Shown here one piece after another: positions 9,058 to 17,332 of a stretch of 64,000 nt of DNA; the first letter of the stretch is position 1; each line of letters starts with the position of its first letter. The notes beneath the pieces were generated by a model. It did not search any database, had not been told where the DNA came from, and saw only the letters and a list, made by a program, of their open reading frames with translations. Origin of the DNA: Firmicutes bacterium UBA5509 (GTDB lineage: Bacteria; Bacillota; Proteinivoracia; UBA4975); contig DIOR01000006.1 in the NCBI GenBank assembly GCA_002423965.1, positions 21,165-85,164 on the forward strand, written 5' to 3'. The translations under genes were made by a program, and so were the position numbers.

Positions 9058-10349
9058 AATTCCCCATTTCCACTGAGCTTGATGATATCCATTAAATCCT
9101 CGGCAATATGGACAGTCTTGTCCAATGTATGGGCCAGCTTCTCCTGGGTCCAGTCATCCAGAAAACAGCCTGCTCGGACAGCGGCCTCAGGAACTACTAG
9201 CCCATCCCAGGTGTCAGAAACAGAGCTTACAGCCCGAGAGATGTCGGCACCTGCCAGCAGCCCAGCCACTGAGATCTCGGGCCCCAAAAAGTAGTTCTCC
9301 ACGGCAAGAACTTTTATATTAAGACCGGGGCGAACTCCAACTATAATGTCGCTGACAACCTCCATAGTTGCCCGTGCAGCTTTGCCAGTAACCAGAAGCA
9401 GCCTATAGGGTGGGACATGCAATTTAGGCAGATTTCGCAGTGCTTCGGCTTGAAGCAAAGTTTTCCTTATCAAGCCCACGCCGTTTTCCAGTTGGGGGTA
9501 ATCCTCGTAGTATTCCTCCTCTGGGACTGGCAGCTCGGCTTTGACATAAAACTCATCCGCCCCATAGACTACCCGGCGGCCTTGTTGGGTAATAAACATC
9601 TCTTGAAAGCGATCAATAATCTCTATAGTTCTTGCGGCAGATTCCCTGTCTACTGCAATTAAGGGAGTGAGGTCCTTTCTGTACTTTGTCAGCCCCACTG
9701 GCACCACTGCCAGAGAAAGGAGGGACTCCCCCAGGGAAGAGAGATCAGCTATAGTCTTTACCAGCTGTTGGTCATCGTTGATACCGGGGCAGAGGACGAT
9801 TTGACAATGAAAAGCAATTCCCTCAGCAGCAAAGCGCCGGAGAATGCCGCTGATGTCACTGGAGCTCTTCCGGCCCAGTAGCTGGCCCCGAATATGGGGG
9901 TCTGTTGAATGGACAGAAATATATAAGGGGGATAATTTCTCCCTGATGATTCGTGTAATATCCTCTTCCTGCAAATTAGTAAGGGAAATATAGTTGCCTT
10001 CCAAGAACGACAGCCGGTAATCATCGTCTTTTATGTATAATGTCTTGCGAAGGCCGGGAGGCTGCTGGTCAATAAAGCAAAAGAGACAATTATTTTGGCA
10101 GTGGCGAGGCGGTATTTCTACCTCTAGGCCAATATCTTCGTCATACCCCTTTTCAATTTCAAAATCAATCAGTTTTCCCGATGTTGTCCTCACCCTAATT
10201 GCAAGTTCTTCACCGGTACTATGAAAGAAATAATCGATAATATCCCTAGCCTGTGAACCATTAAGAGATATAATTTCATCCCCGGGCTTCAACCGCAGTT
10301 GCTGGCCGATGCTGCCGGGCTTGACACTTTTTATCTTTAACACTAGCAC
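9054..10349 (-). CDS. PDZ-containing radical SAM protein (DUF512)
   Basis: N-terminal PDZ-like region, CQNNCLFC motif, YIKDDDYRLSFL, PQLENGVG. Confidence 0.92.
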   Translation of the reverse strand: MLVLKIKSVKPGSIGQQLRLKPGDEIISLNGSQARDIIDYFFHSTGEELAIRVRTTSGKLIDFEIEKGYDEDIGLEVEIPPRHCQNNCLFCFIDQQPPGLRKTLYIKDDDYRLSFLEGNYISLTNLQEEDITRIIREKLSPLYISVHSTDPHIRGQLLGRKSSSDISGILRRFAAEGIAFHCQIVLCPGINDDQQLVKTIADLSSLGESLLSLAVVPVGLTKYRKDLTPLIAVDRESAARTIEIIDRFQEMFITQQGRRVVYGADEFYVKAELPVPEEEYYEDYPQLENGVGLIRKTLLQAEALRNLPKLHVPPYRLLLVTGKAARATMEVVSDIIVGVRPGLNIKVLAVENYFLGPEISVAGLLAGADISRAVSSVSDTWDGLVVPEAAVRAGCFLDDWTQEKLAHTLDKTVHIAEDLMDIIKLSGNGEL

Positions 10350-10372
10350 ACCTCCGGAGTCAAGCTTATATA

Positions 10373-10401
10373 ATTATACTTTAACTTCCCTTGGCATGCA
10401 A
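10373..10401 (-). promoter_or_regulatory. sigmaA promoter for DUF512-der-gpsA
   Basis: TTGCAT-17 nt-TATAAT. Confidence 0.65.
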
Positions 10402-10818
10402 AACCAGGGCATAGATTTTGTCTAGATTTTTGTGAATCCCTCTGGCCGCCAGGTTGCGGCCTAACTCTTTAAATCCCTTGAACCTTGAAATAAAGCCGCC
10501 AATGCGGGTGAGAAGATTAATACACTGTAGACAATCCACGGATTTATAATGCAGATCTACTTGCATTTTTTTTGTCAGGCAGTCTGCAAAGCGGGGAAAG
10601 ATTTTGCTGCCAGAGCCCACTCCCACAAAACATACCGGGTTGCCGTGACAGTAACCTGCAAGCACTGGCACCCCCATGTCCGGGTTTTGAAGAACGTCAA
10701 AGTATTCTAAGCTTAAGATCTCTTCGACATTTGCGGAAGGCTGTAATCTATTTAAATGTAGGGCTGCAGCTACACAGGACAAATGCGCTCCCCGATAGCA
10801 GTGATAGTAGAAAATCAT
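10381..10818 (-). CDS. DUF3189 family protein
   Basis: YHCYRGAHLS...AAALH motif; paralogue of the upstream gene. Confidence 0.75.
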   Translation of the reverse strand: MIFYYHCYRGAHLSCVAAALHLNRLQPSANVEEILSLEYFDVLQNPDMGVPVLAGYCHGNPVCFVGVGSGSKIFPRFADCLTKKMQVDLHYKSVDCLQCINLLTRIGGFISRFKGFKELGRNLAARGIHKNLDKIYALVLHAKGS

Positions 10819-11309
10819 TGACCTTTCTGCTCCCTCTTTTTAAGCTTCCATTCGGTTTCTTCAACCAGAGCCACTATTTGTTTGTATGCCAACTGAGTCC
10901 CCCAGCTAACCAGGGGTCTACCGACAAAAGTCAGGCCTAACTTCCTGGAGCATATACCGCCAATTACCATTAGTGTGTTGATTACCTCCCGGGTTTCGAC
11001 ATAGGTAACCTTTCCCCTTTCCACTTTCCCCAAAGCAAACAAATTTTTAACAGCCTTAATCACCGGAGTGGATGCAGTTTCAAAACCCACTGAGAAAACC
11101 ATGGACCCATCCGGGGCTTTCCCCATGTATTGCAGAAATCCATGGTCATCGGCTTTTTGGGTATCGAAAAAGGGCAGGCTGTTTAATTCCTGCCTGCTAG
11201 GAGTCTTATACCTTGACAGCAGTCCCCCGTGGACTGCTGCTGCGGTAACTGAGGAATGAGCTCCTCCATAACAATGATATATAATAAGTCGGGGGATAGT
11301 TAACACCAC
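10815..11309 (-). CDS. DUF3189 family protein
   Basis: IIYHCYGGAHSSVTAAAVHGG; IGGICSRKLG..GRPLV. Confidence 0.85.
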   Translation of the reverse strand: MVLTIPRLIIYHCYGGAHSSVTAAAVHGGLLSRYKTPSRQELNSLPFFDTQKADDHGFLQYMGKAPDGSMVFSVGFETASTPVIKAVKNLFALGKVERGKVTYVETREVINTLMVIGGICSRKLGLTFVGRPLVSWGTQLAYKQIVALVEETEWKLKKREQKGQ

Positions 11310-11363
11310 CCACTATGAATTAAAGGCATCGGGCGAAAGTTGTCGAAATTAATGATTGCCCGG

Positions 11364-11576
11364 TCAATGGCGAACGATAATCAGCATTCCGTTTTCCATG
11401 TCATGAACCATACCCCCGGTGATTCTCGATAAGTACATTGCTATTTGCTGCTGTTCCTTGACATCTTTGGCTACATATACCGGACCTGAACCCCCGGAAA
11501 TCACATATTGGCTTGCTTCGACAAGGACAACAGTTGCCAGGATGACCTTATCTAGGGGTGTCATGGTAATCCTCAC
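11364..11576 (-). CDS. YIEGIA capping-subunit family small protein
   Basis: ILATV...GGSGPVY...IAMYLSRITGGMVHDMENG; directly follows the YIEGIA gene. Confidence 0.8.
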   Translation of the reverse strand: MRITMTPLDKVILATVVLVEASQYVISGGSGPVYVAKDVKEQQQIAMYLSRITGGMVHDMENGMLIIVRH

Positions 11577-12480
11577 GCTCCCTGCCGGCGAAAGATTTGC
11601 TTGGCTTGGCCATTGCCCCTTCCAGGACAGGGGATCTTTTTACAGCTGCAATTAAGGCCTGGGGATCACCACTGCCAGGGATGATAAGCACCCCTAAATT
11701 ACCGCTTTTTATATGCCGTCGCATTAGGGGAGTGAATTCAGGAGTGTCAACATCTTTATAGACTCCCAGCAACTTGGCACAAATATGGATAACAGCCTGT
11801 CGCTGTCCAGGATTAGCTAAGGTTGCAGATGCATCAATATCCTTTGGCTCAATTACTAGACCCAGTGCCTTATTCAAGTATTCTTCCTTGGCTTCTTCCA
11901 GCCCTATGTTCATAAAATGGATGTCATCTACAAAGACATTTGGACCTTGAAAGTGTACCTTGCCCAGGCGAATATCTGCTAAATCTTCCAGGCGTTTGTC
12001 CGGGAAGACAAAGTTAATGAAAAAGTAAATGAGCACTGTAACTACCCCTAGGATGACAATCCTTAGAAAGATTGTTTGGGATTGCAGAAATGTCAAATCT
12101 ATAGCAGAAAGGGTCAGGGTGCATGCAATTATTATGTAATTCCGAGCCTCAAAGGTGCGAGCGATTCCCTCTATATAATGTCGACCCCGGGGCACCAGTT
12201 CAATTATATCCAGAGAGGCTAAAGATTCTCTCTCTAAATTCCGGATTTCTCGAAATTGTTGGGCAGCCATGGCCAAAAAGGTCACTGCAACAAATTCTTC
12301 TTCCAAGAGAGCTGGCCATGCCACTGCGCCCAGAGCTGCTGCGACAAATCCCATGGAAAGATGGGAGATGTAGCCATGGGGATAAGTAGGATATTGGCGG
12401 TAATCTGAACGCAAAATAAGTAAGCGCAGTATCCCCCCTAGGGAAGCTGTAAGGACAATGCCGAAAAAATATGGCCTCAT
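11548..12480 (-). CDS. YIEGIA family membrane protein
   Basis: Contains YIEGIARTFEARNY and DYRQYPTYPHG. Confidence 0.95.
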   Translation of the reverse strand: MRPYFFGIVLTASLGGILRLLILRSDYRQYPTYPHGYISHLSMGFVAAALGAVAWPALLEEEFVAVTFLAMAAQQFREIRNLERESLASLDIIELVPRGRHYIEGIARTFEARNYIIIACTLTLSAIDLTFLQSQTIFLRIVILGVVTVLIYFFINFVFPDKRLEDLADIRLGKVHFQGPNVFVDDIHFMNIGLEEAKEEYLNKALGLVIEPKDIDASATLANPGQRQAVIHICAKLLGVYKDVDTPEFTPLMRRHIKSGNLGVLIIPGSGDPQALIAAVKRSPVLEGAMAKPSKSFAGREREDYHDTPR

Positions 12481-13133
12481 CTTTGGGGGCCTTTTTTGTC
12501 TTTATTCTTTTCCCTGCGCTTATCATCCAGCCAAGTAACTTTATTGGCTGAATCCGGTGCCACCAATTCCCTTGCTTCTCCGAAGATTTCAGCGCATCCA
12601 ACACCGATAATCCCCGCTACTAGGGATGAATCCAGGATCCCCCCTCCCAGTTGGTAGAAGTGGGTCAGGGGAATCTGCCCTAAGAGTATTATTACATCTG
12701 CCACAATTACCCCCATCATTCCACCCACAAAGGCCGACCGTCTCGAGCGGCCAGCCAAGTAGCCTATAATGCCTGCGGCTATGCCATAAGCGTATAAGGG
12801 CTCAATAAACATCGCCCCCGGCTCCTGGGGGAGAACCCAATCAAGGACAAGCACTGTTATTGCCGTAGCGGCAATAGCCAAGCTACCCCTAACCTGTTCA
12901 CGAAATGTACCAGCTGTCCCAATAAGGTAGATGGAAAGCCCCAGGGGAATCAGTGTGCTGCCCAAGTTTATCCGAATCATGCCAACTGTCACTTCCGGCA
13001 GCCAGGTGCCAAGGGCAAGTAGAGCAATGATGATTATAGCTGCTCTGTCCGATAGGCGCATTCTGTCCAAGGTTCTCTGGAGTAAGCCCAAGTAAATAAT
13101 AACTGCCAGTATTGTCAGCAACCAAGTACTCAT
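12477..13133 (-). CDS. DUF1614-like membrane protein
   Basis: QRTLDRMRLSDR, GYLAGRSRRSAF; multi-TM. Confidence 0.8.
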   Translation of the reverse strand: MSTWLLTILAVIIYLGLLQRTLDRMRLSDRAAIIIIALLALGTWLPEVTVGMIRINLGSTLIPLGLSIYLIGTAGTFREQVRGSLAIAATAITVLVLDWVLPQEPGAMFIEPLYAYGIAAGIIGYLAGRSRRSAFVGGMMGVIVADVIILLGQIPLTHFYQLGGGILDSSLVAGIIGVGCAEIFGEARELVAPDSANKVTWLDDKRREKNKDKKGPQR

Positions 13134-13163
13134 TTCATCCCACCCTTCCACCGGTTCTCATTC

Positions 13164-13193
13164 TATCTTTTCCTCATCTCATCAACAGTATTC
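13164..13193 (-). promoter_or_regulatory. Putative sigmaF/G forespore promoter of the DUF1614-YIEGIA cluster
   Basis: GAATA-15 nt-GGAAAAGATA. Confidence 0.5.
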
Positions 13194-13208
13194 CCAATAA
13201 AAAAGAGG

Positions 13209-14270
13209 CTAGTTGCCTCGTCGAGAATAAAATTGAGGGTCTATTCCTCTCTGCTCAATTAGTTCTTTAAACCTACCAGTGACTGCCAAGGGGACCTGAG
13301 CCAATTCGGGCAAGGTTCTTTTTCCCATAAGGGCCATGCCCACTCGTACTTGATGCAGATAGTCTTCCAGGTATTTTTCCCCTTGTGCCAATCCCTTGCT
13401 CAACTGCCGAAGAATCCCACCGGCACTACCCACTGCCACGGCCCCAAGACACAGGCACTTAAGGGCTCTAATTCCGTCATCCACACCCCCGGAAGCAAGA
13501 ACCTGTATATTAGGACCATTATGTACGACATCTGCCACGCAAATCGGTGTTGGCAATCCCCAGGCAGTAAAAGGCTTCCACCAGGATGAAGGATTGCGGC
13601 AGCCCTCAATCCAGGCAAAATTGGTTCCCCCCCAGCCGCTGACATCAATCGCCTTAACTCCAGCACCGGCAAGGCTAGTAGCCGCCTTGGCGCTAATTCC
13701 AAAACCCACTTCTTTGATGATAACTGGCACAGAAACCGTGGCACAGATTTCCGCCACATTCTCCAGTAGGTTTACTTCTACCGGATCCCCCTCAGCCATA
13801 ATAAATTCCTGGGCTGGATTGAGGAATAGTTGTAGGATTTGGGCATCTATCATCTCCACTGCCCCTTGTGCCTGTTTGACGCTGGCGGTGGCAGGGAGGT
13901 TGGCGATTAATAGTCCTTGAGGATTGTATTTTCGCGCCACCTGGTAAGTAAACCTTAGGCTTGAATTATTTAGGCTGGCCACCTGTGACCCCACAGCCAT
14001 AGGCAAGGAAAATTTTTTGGCCAATATTGCCAGCTGACGGTTTACAAGTTCGCTAATCAGGGCCCCACCGGTAATGGCATTGATATACAGAGGAGTCTTG
14101 ACTATAATACCGCAGATATTTGTGGAGAGGTCAGTGTCTGTGGGATTAATGGTAGTCAGGCAATTGTGGGGCAAATGAATATCCCCATAGAGGGCAGTAA
14201 AAGAACATCTGAATCTTTGAGAAGCAAGACTCAGATGTTCTTTTTTCCGATTTAACCGGAACTTATTCAT
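13209..14270 (-). CDS. fni: Type 2 isopentenyl-diphosphate isomerase
   Basis: RKKEHL, INAITGG, AVGSQ, NPAQE, KEVGFG, GGTNFA; start moved to MNKF (14270). Confidence 0.93.
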   Translation of the reverse strand: MNKFRLNRKKEHLSLASQRFRCSFTALYGDIHLPHNCLTTINPTDTDLSTNICGIIVKTPLYINAITGGALISELVNRQLAILAKKFSLPMAVGSQVASLNNSSLRFTYQVARKYNPQGLLIANLPATASVKQAQGAVEMIDAQILQLFLNPAQEFIMAEGDPVEVNLLENVAEICATVSVPVIIKEVGFGISAKAATSLAGAGVKAIDVSGWGGTNFAWIEGCRNPSSWWKPFTAWGLPTPICVADVVHNGPNIQVLASGGVDDGIRALKCLCLGAVAVGSAGGILRQLSKGLAQGEKYLEDYLHQVRVGMALMGKRTLPELAQVPLAVTGRFKELIEQRGIDPQFYSRRGN

Positions 14271-16341
14271 CCTCTTGGTCAAAGAGATTACCAAGGCGTT
14301 CGCCAATTGTGGCGCCAATGGAGACTTCCTGAGGTGCTTCTTCCCTGAAAGTCTTTTTCCCACCCCGGAAGGCGGCATCCCGCATGCTCAAGCTGACTCT
14401 TTTTGCTTGCACATCAATGTCTAGGATGGTTACCTTGACAATTTGGCCGGTGGCCAAGACGTCTGAAGGTTTTTCAACGTGGTCATCAGAAATCTGTGAC
14501 ACGTGAACCAAACCGTCGACTCCTGGGATTAGTTCCACAAAGGCTCCGAAATCTGCTAAGCGGACTACTTTACCCTCTACCTCTTCCCCGGCCTTAAACT
14601 TTTTGGCAACTTCTGTCCAGGGGTCTGGGAGAATCTTCTTAAGGCTTAGTGAGACCCGCTCTGCGTCGGGATCTACCTTGAGCACATAGACATCTATTTG
14701 CTGGTCCTCTTTTAGTACTTCACTGGGATGTTCTACCCGGTGGTGTGCCAGCTCAGAAATATGAATCAGGCCATCAATGCCACCGATATCAACAAAAGCA
14801 CCAAAGTTGGTTAGGCGGCGAACTATACCTTTGACAGTAGTGCCTGCCTTAAGGGTGGTCAGGGTTTCTGCTTTTTGGGCTTCAGTTTCCTGCATTAGTT
14901 GAGCCTTACGGGAAACAATGACCTTGTTGCGGCGGCGTTCCAGCTCGATAACTAATACGTCAACGGTCTGGCCCACAAACTGGCTGAGGTCTTCGACAAA
15001 GCGCAGGTCCACTAAGGAAGCAGGCATGAAAGCTCTAAGGCCTAAATCCACAATGAGGCCACCCTTGACAACTTCCACTACTTCTCCGGCAACAGGGGTC
15101 TGATTGTCAAAGGCTTCTTTAACAATCTTCCAGGCTTTGCTTTGGGCAAGCTTGCGCACTGAAAGTTCAAGCAAGTCTTCGGTAAGCCTAGTGACTTCCG
15201 CTTCTATTTCTTCGTCGACACTGACTAGTTCAGCACAGTTTTCGACTTTGCGGAATGATAATTCCTCTTTGCGGATAGTGCCTTCCAGCTTGTAGCCCAC
15301 ATCTACCAGGACTTCTTCTGGATTGACTTGAACGACCTTGCCAACGACTATATCGCCAACCGCTATGGGTTTAGGTTCCGTTTCTAAAATTTCGTTGGAG
15401 TCCTCCACTACTTCCTCGACGTCTTCCACTACTTCCTTGACGTCTTCAATTACTTCTTCGACAACTTCCTTTTCTTCTTCGAGGTCAGTCTTGACTTCTT
15501 CGACGCCCTCATTACTAGTTTCCATCACCAAATCCACAACCTCCCTTATAATCCATTCCGGAGTCGATGCCCCTGCAGCAATGCCAACAGTAGAGACATT
15601 GCGCAACCAATGGGAATCAATATTATGTACTGATTGTATATGATGTGTTTCGACACCGGATTGCTTGCATATGGCAACTAACTTGCCTGTATTGGCGCTG
15701 TTTTTGCCACCAATAACTAACATGAGATCGCTCTTCTTTGCCAGTTCGGCAACTTCACTTTGCCGATCCCGGGTAGATGAGCAGATAGTATTGTGTACTT
15801 CTATATCTTGAAACTGCTCCCCCAGAACCGCTATTATTCTTTTAAGCTGTTCTTGATCAAAGGTGGTTTGAACAACCACAGTTACTGGCAGGTCGCTGTG
15901 GATTTGGCGGGCAGATTCCTCGTCATCAATTATAGACACATTGCTGGGGGCCCTTCCCAAAATCCCTTGAACCTCTGGATGGCTGGCATCGCCAACAATA
16001 ATCAAAAAGCGATTTTCCAGAGAGTCGACGATGGTATGAATCCTACTGACGAAGGGGCAGGTAGCGTCAATGATATTTTTTCCTGTGGCTTGTAGAGCCG
16101 ATAATACTGCCGGACTGACCCCATGGGATCTAACTACTATTGTATCCTCGGGGGCATCTTCAACAGAATCTAAAGCCCTAATTCCCTTATCAGCAAGATG
16201 CTTGATCATCTCAGCATTATGAACAAGGGGGCCAAGGGTAGCTACATGACCAGGCTCACCCTTGCCATGTTCTAAGGTCAAATTGACGGCCCGCTGCACC
16301 CCAGGACAAAATCCAGCAAATTTCGATACGATTACTTCCAT
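14263..16341 (-). CDS. ispH: IspH/30S ribosomal protein S1 fusion
   Basis: AGFCPGV, DATCPFV, TICSSTRDRQ, AGASTP followed by four S1 repeats. Confidence 0.96.
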   Translation of the reverse strand: MEVIVSKFAGFCPGVQRAVNLTLEHGKGEPGHVATLGPLVHNAEMIKHLADKGIRALDSVEDAPEDTIVVRSHGVSPAVLSALQATGKNIIDATCPFVSRIHTIVDSLENRFLIIVGDASHPEVQGILGRAPSNVSIIDDEESARQIHSDLPVTVVVQTTFDQEQLKRIIAVLGEQFQDIEVHNTICSSTRDRQSEVAELAKKSDLMLVIGGKNSANTGKLVAICKQSGVETHHIQSVHNIDSHWLRNVSTVGIAAGASTPEWIIREVVDLVMETSNEGVEEVKTDLEEEKEVVEEVIEDVKEVVEDVEEVVEDSNEILETEPKPIAVGDIVVGKVVQVNPEEVLVDVGYKLEGTIRKEELSFRKVENCAELVSVDEEIEAEVTRLTEDLLELSVRKLAQSKAWKIVKEAFDNQTPVAGEVVEVVKGGLIVDLGLRAFMPASLVDLRFVEDLSQFVGQTVDVLVIELERRRNKVIVSRKAQLMQETEAQKAETLTTLKAGTTVKGIVRRLTNFGAFVDIGGIDGLIHISELAHHRVEHPSEVLKEDQQIDVYVLKVDPDAERVSLSLKKILPDPWTEVAKKFKAGEEVEGKVVRLADFGAFVELIPGVDGLVHVSQISDDHVEKPSDVLATGQIVKVTILDIDVQAKRVSLSMRDAAFRGGKKTFREEAPQEVSIGATIGERLGNLFDQEDE
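15400..15462 (-). repeat. 3 x 21-bp imperfect tandem repeat encoding the acidic IspH-S1 linker
   Basis: gtcctccactacttcctcgac / gtcttccactacttccttgac / gtcttcaattacttcttcgac, encoding V(E/K)EV(V/I)ED heptads. Confidence 0.85.
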
Positions 16342-16368
16342 GGTCTCCTCCAAGTCTTCACCATACCA

Positions 16369-17067
16369 TTATAGCTCATTTCTGCCCTCTTGACAAAGTC
16401 CTTTGATTTGCGCCAATACCAATTTTACGATTTCCTCAATTTCTAAGCCGGAAGTATCTATCTCAATAGCGTCCTTGGCCTTGCACAGAGGGGCATATTC
16501 CCGAGAAGAGTCCAGTTGGTCACGCTTTTGCATATCCGCCAAAACCGTAGCCTGATCAATTGCAATACCCTTACTAAGTAATTCTTTGTACCTACGCCTT
16601 GCCCGCACTTCTGGAGAAGCAGATAAAAAGAATTTGTAATCTGCGTTGGGAAGGACAACAGTGCCAATATCCCTACCCTCCATAACTACATTCCGAGAAC
16701 TAGCCATCTGCTGTTGAAGAGAGGTAAGGCCTTGGCGAATTTGGGGCAGGGCTGCGACATAGGAAACCGTTCCCGTAACCTCCTGGCTGCGGATAGCCTC
16801 AGTGATATCTCTTAAACCATGGAAGATGCGCAATTCTTCTCCGGCGAAAATAAAAGAAAAGTCAGCAGTATCAGTAATAGCCATCATTTCTTGCTGATGG
16901 GCGGAATCGATTGGAATCCCCTGCTCTAGAGCAAGTAAGGTGACCCCTCGGTACATTGCCCCGGTATCAACATATGTAAACCCCAACTGCCTGGCAACTG
17001 CCTTGGAGATTGTGCTCTTGCCAACGCCAGCGGGACCATCAAAAACAACCGATACGGTATCCCCCAT
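16369..17067 (-). CDS. cmk: Cytidylate kinase
   Basis: DGPAGVGKST, DTGAMYR, VMEGRDIGTVV. Confidence 0.97.
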   Translation of the reverse strand: MGDTVSVVFDGPAGVGKSTISKAVARQLGFTYVDTGAMYRGVTLLALEQGIPIDSAHQQEMMAITDTADFSFIFAGEELRIFHGLRDITEAIRSQEVTGTVSYVAALPQIRQGLTSLQQQMASSRNVVMEGRDIGTVVLPNADYKFFLSASPEVRARRRYKELLSKGIAIDQATVLADMQKRDQLDSSREYAPLCKAKDAIEIDTSGLEIEEIVKLVLAQIKGLCQEGRNEL

Positions 17068-17098
17068 CTCTTCCCCTCCCTACTCTAACAAAATACTA

Positions 17099-17126
17099 GT
17101 TCGACGTATTTGCTAACTAATCCTGC
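17099..17126 (-). promoter_or_regulatory. sigmaH-like promoter upstream of cmk
   Basis: GCAGGA-18 nt-GAAC. Confidence 0.45.
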
Positions 17127-17142
17127 CTATTGCTCCACTATC

Positions 17143-17307
17143 TTATAGCCCGGAGTAATTATATACAGCACCCTCTAGTCGGTTAAGTAATATTACTACA
17201 TCCGACCCGAGAGAGTATTTCCCTAACAGCTGAAAGATAACCAAAAAACATGCCAGAAGTAGAAAGGCTTTAATTAAAAAGCATTCGATTTTATCCAGTA
17301 TGGTCAT
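17143..17307 (-). CDS. Small membrane protein, YpfB-like
   Basis: MTILDKIECFLIKAFLLL...NRLEG; one TM; same position before cmk as ypfB in Bacillus. Confidence 0.55.
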   Translation of the reverse strand: MTILDKIECFLIKAFLLLACFLVIFQLLGKYSLGSDVVILLNRLEGAVYNYSGL

Positions 17308-17332
17308 TTTTCTTTCACCTGAATTCACTATA

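Noticed and set aside
15400..15462. Direct repeats as a possible CRISPR array
   Set aside because: Tandem, in-frame, no spacers and no cas genes; a coding linker repeat
6728..17067. plsY and plsC missing beside gpsA and cmk, with fni present, as a sign of unusual lipids
   Set aside because: B. subtilis has the same der-gpsA and cmk-S1-fni order with the acyltransferases elsewhere, so it is uninformative from this window
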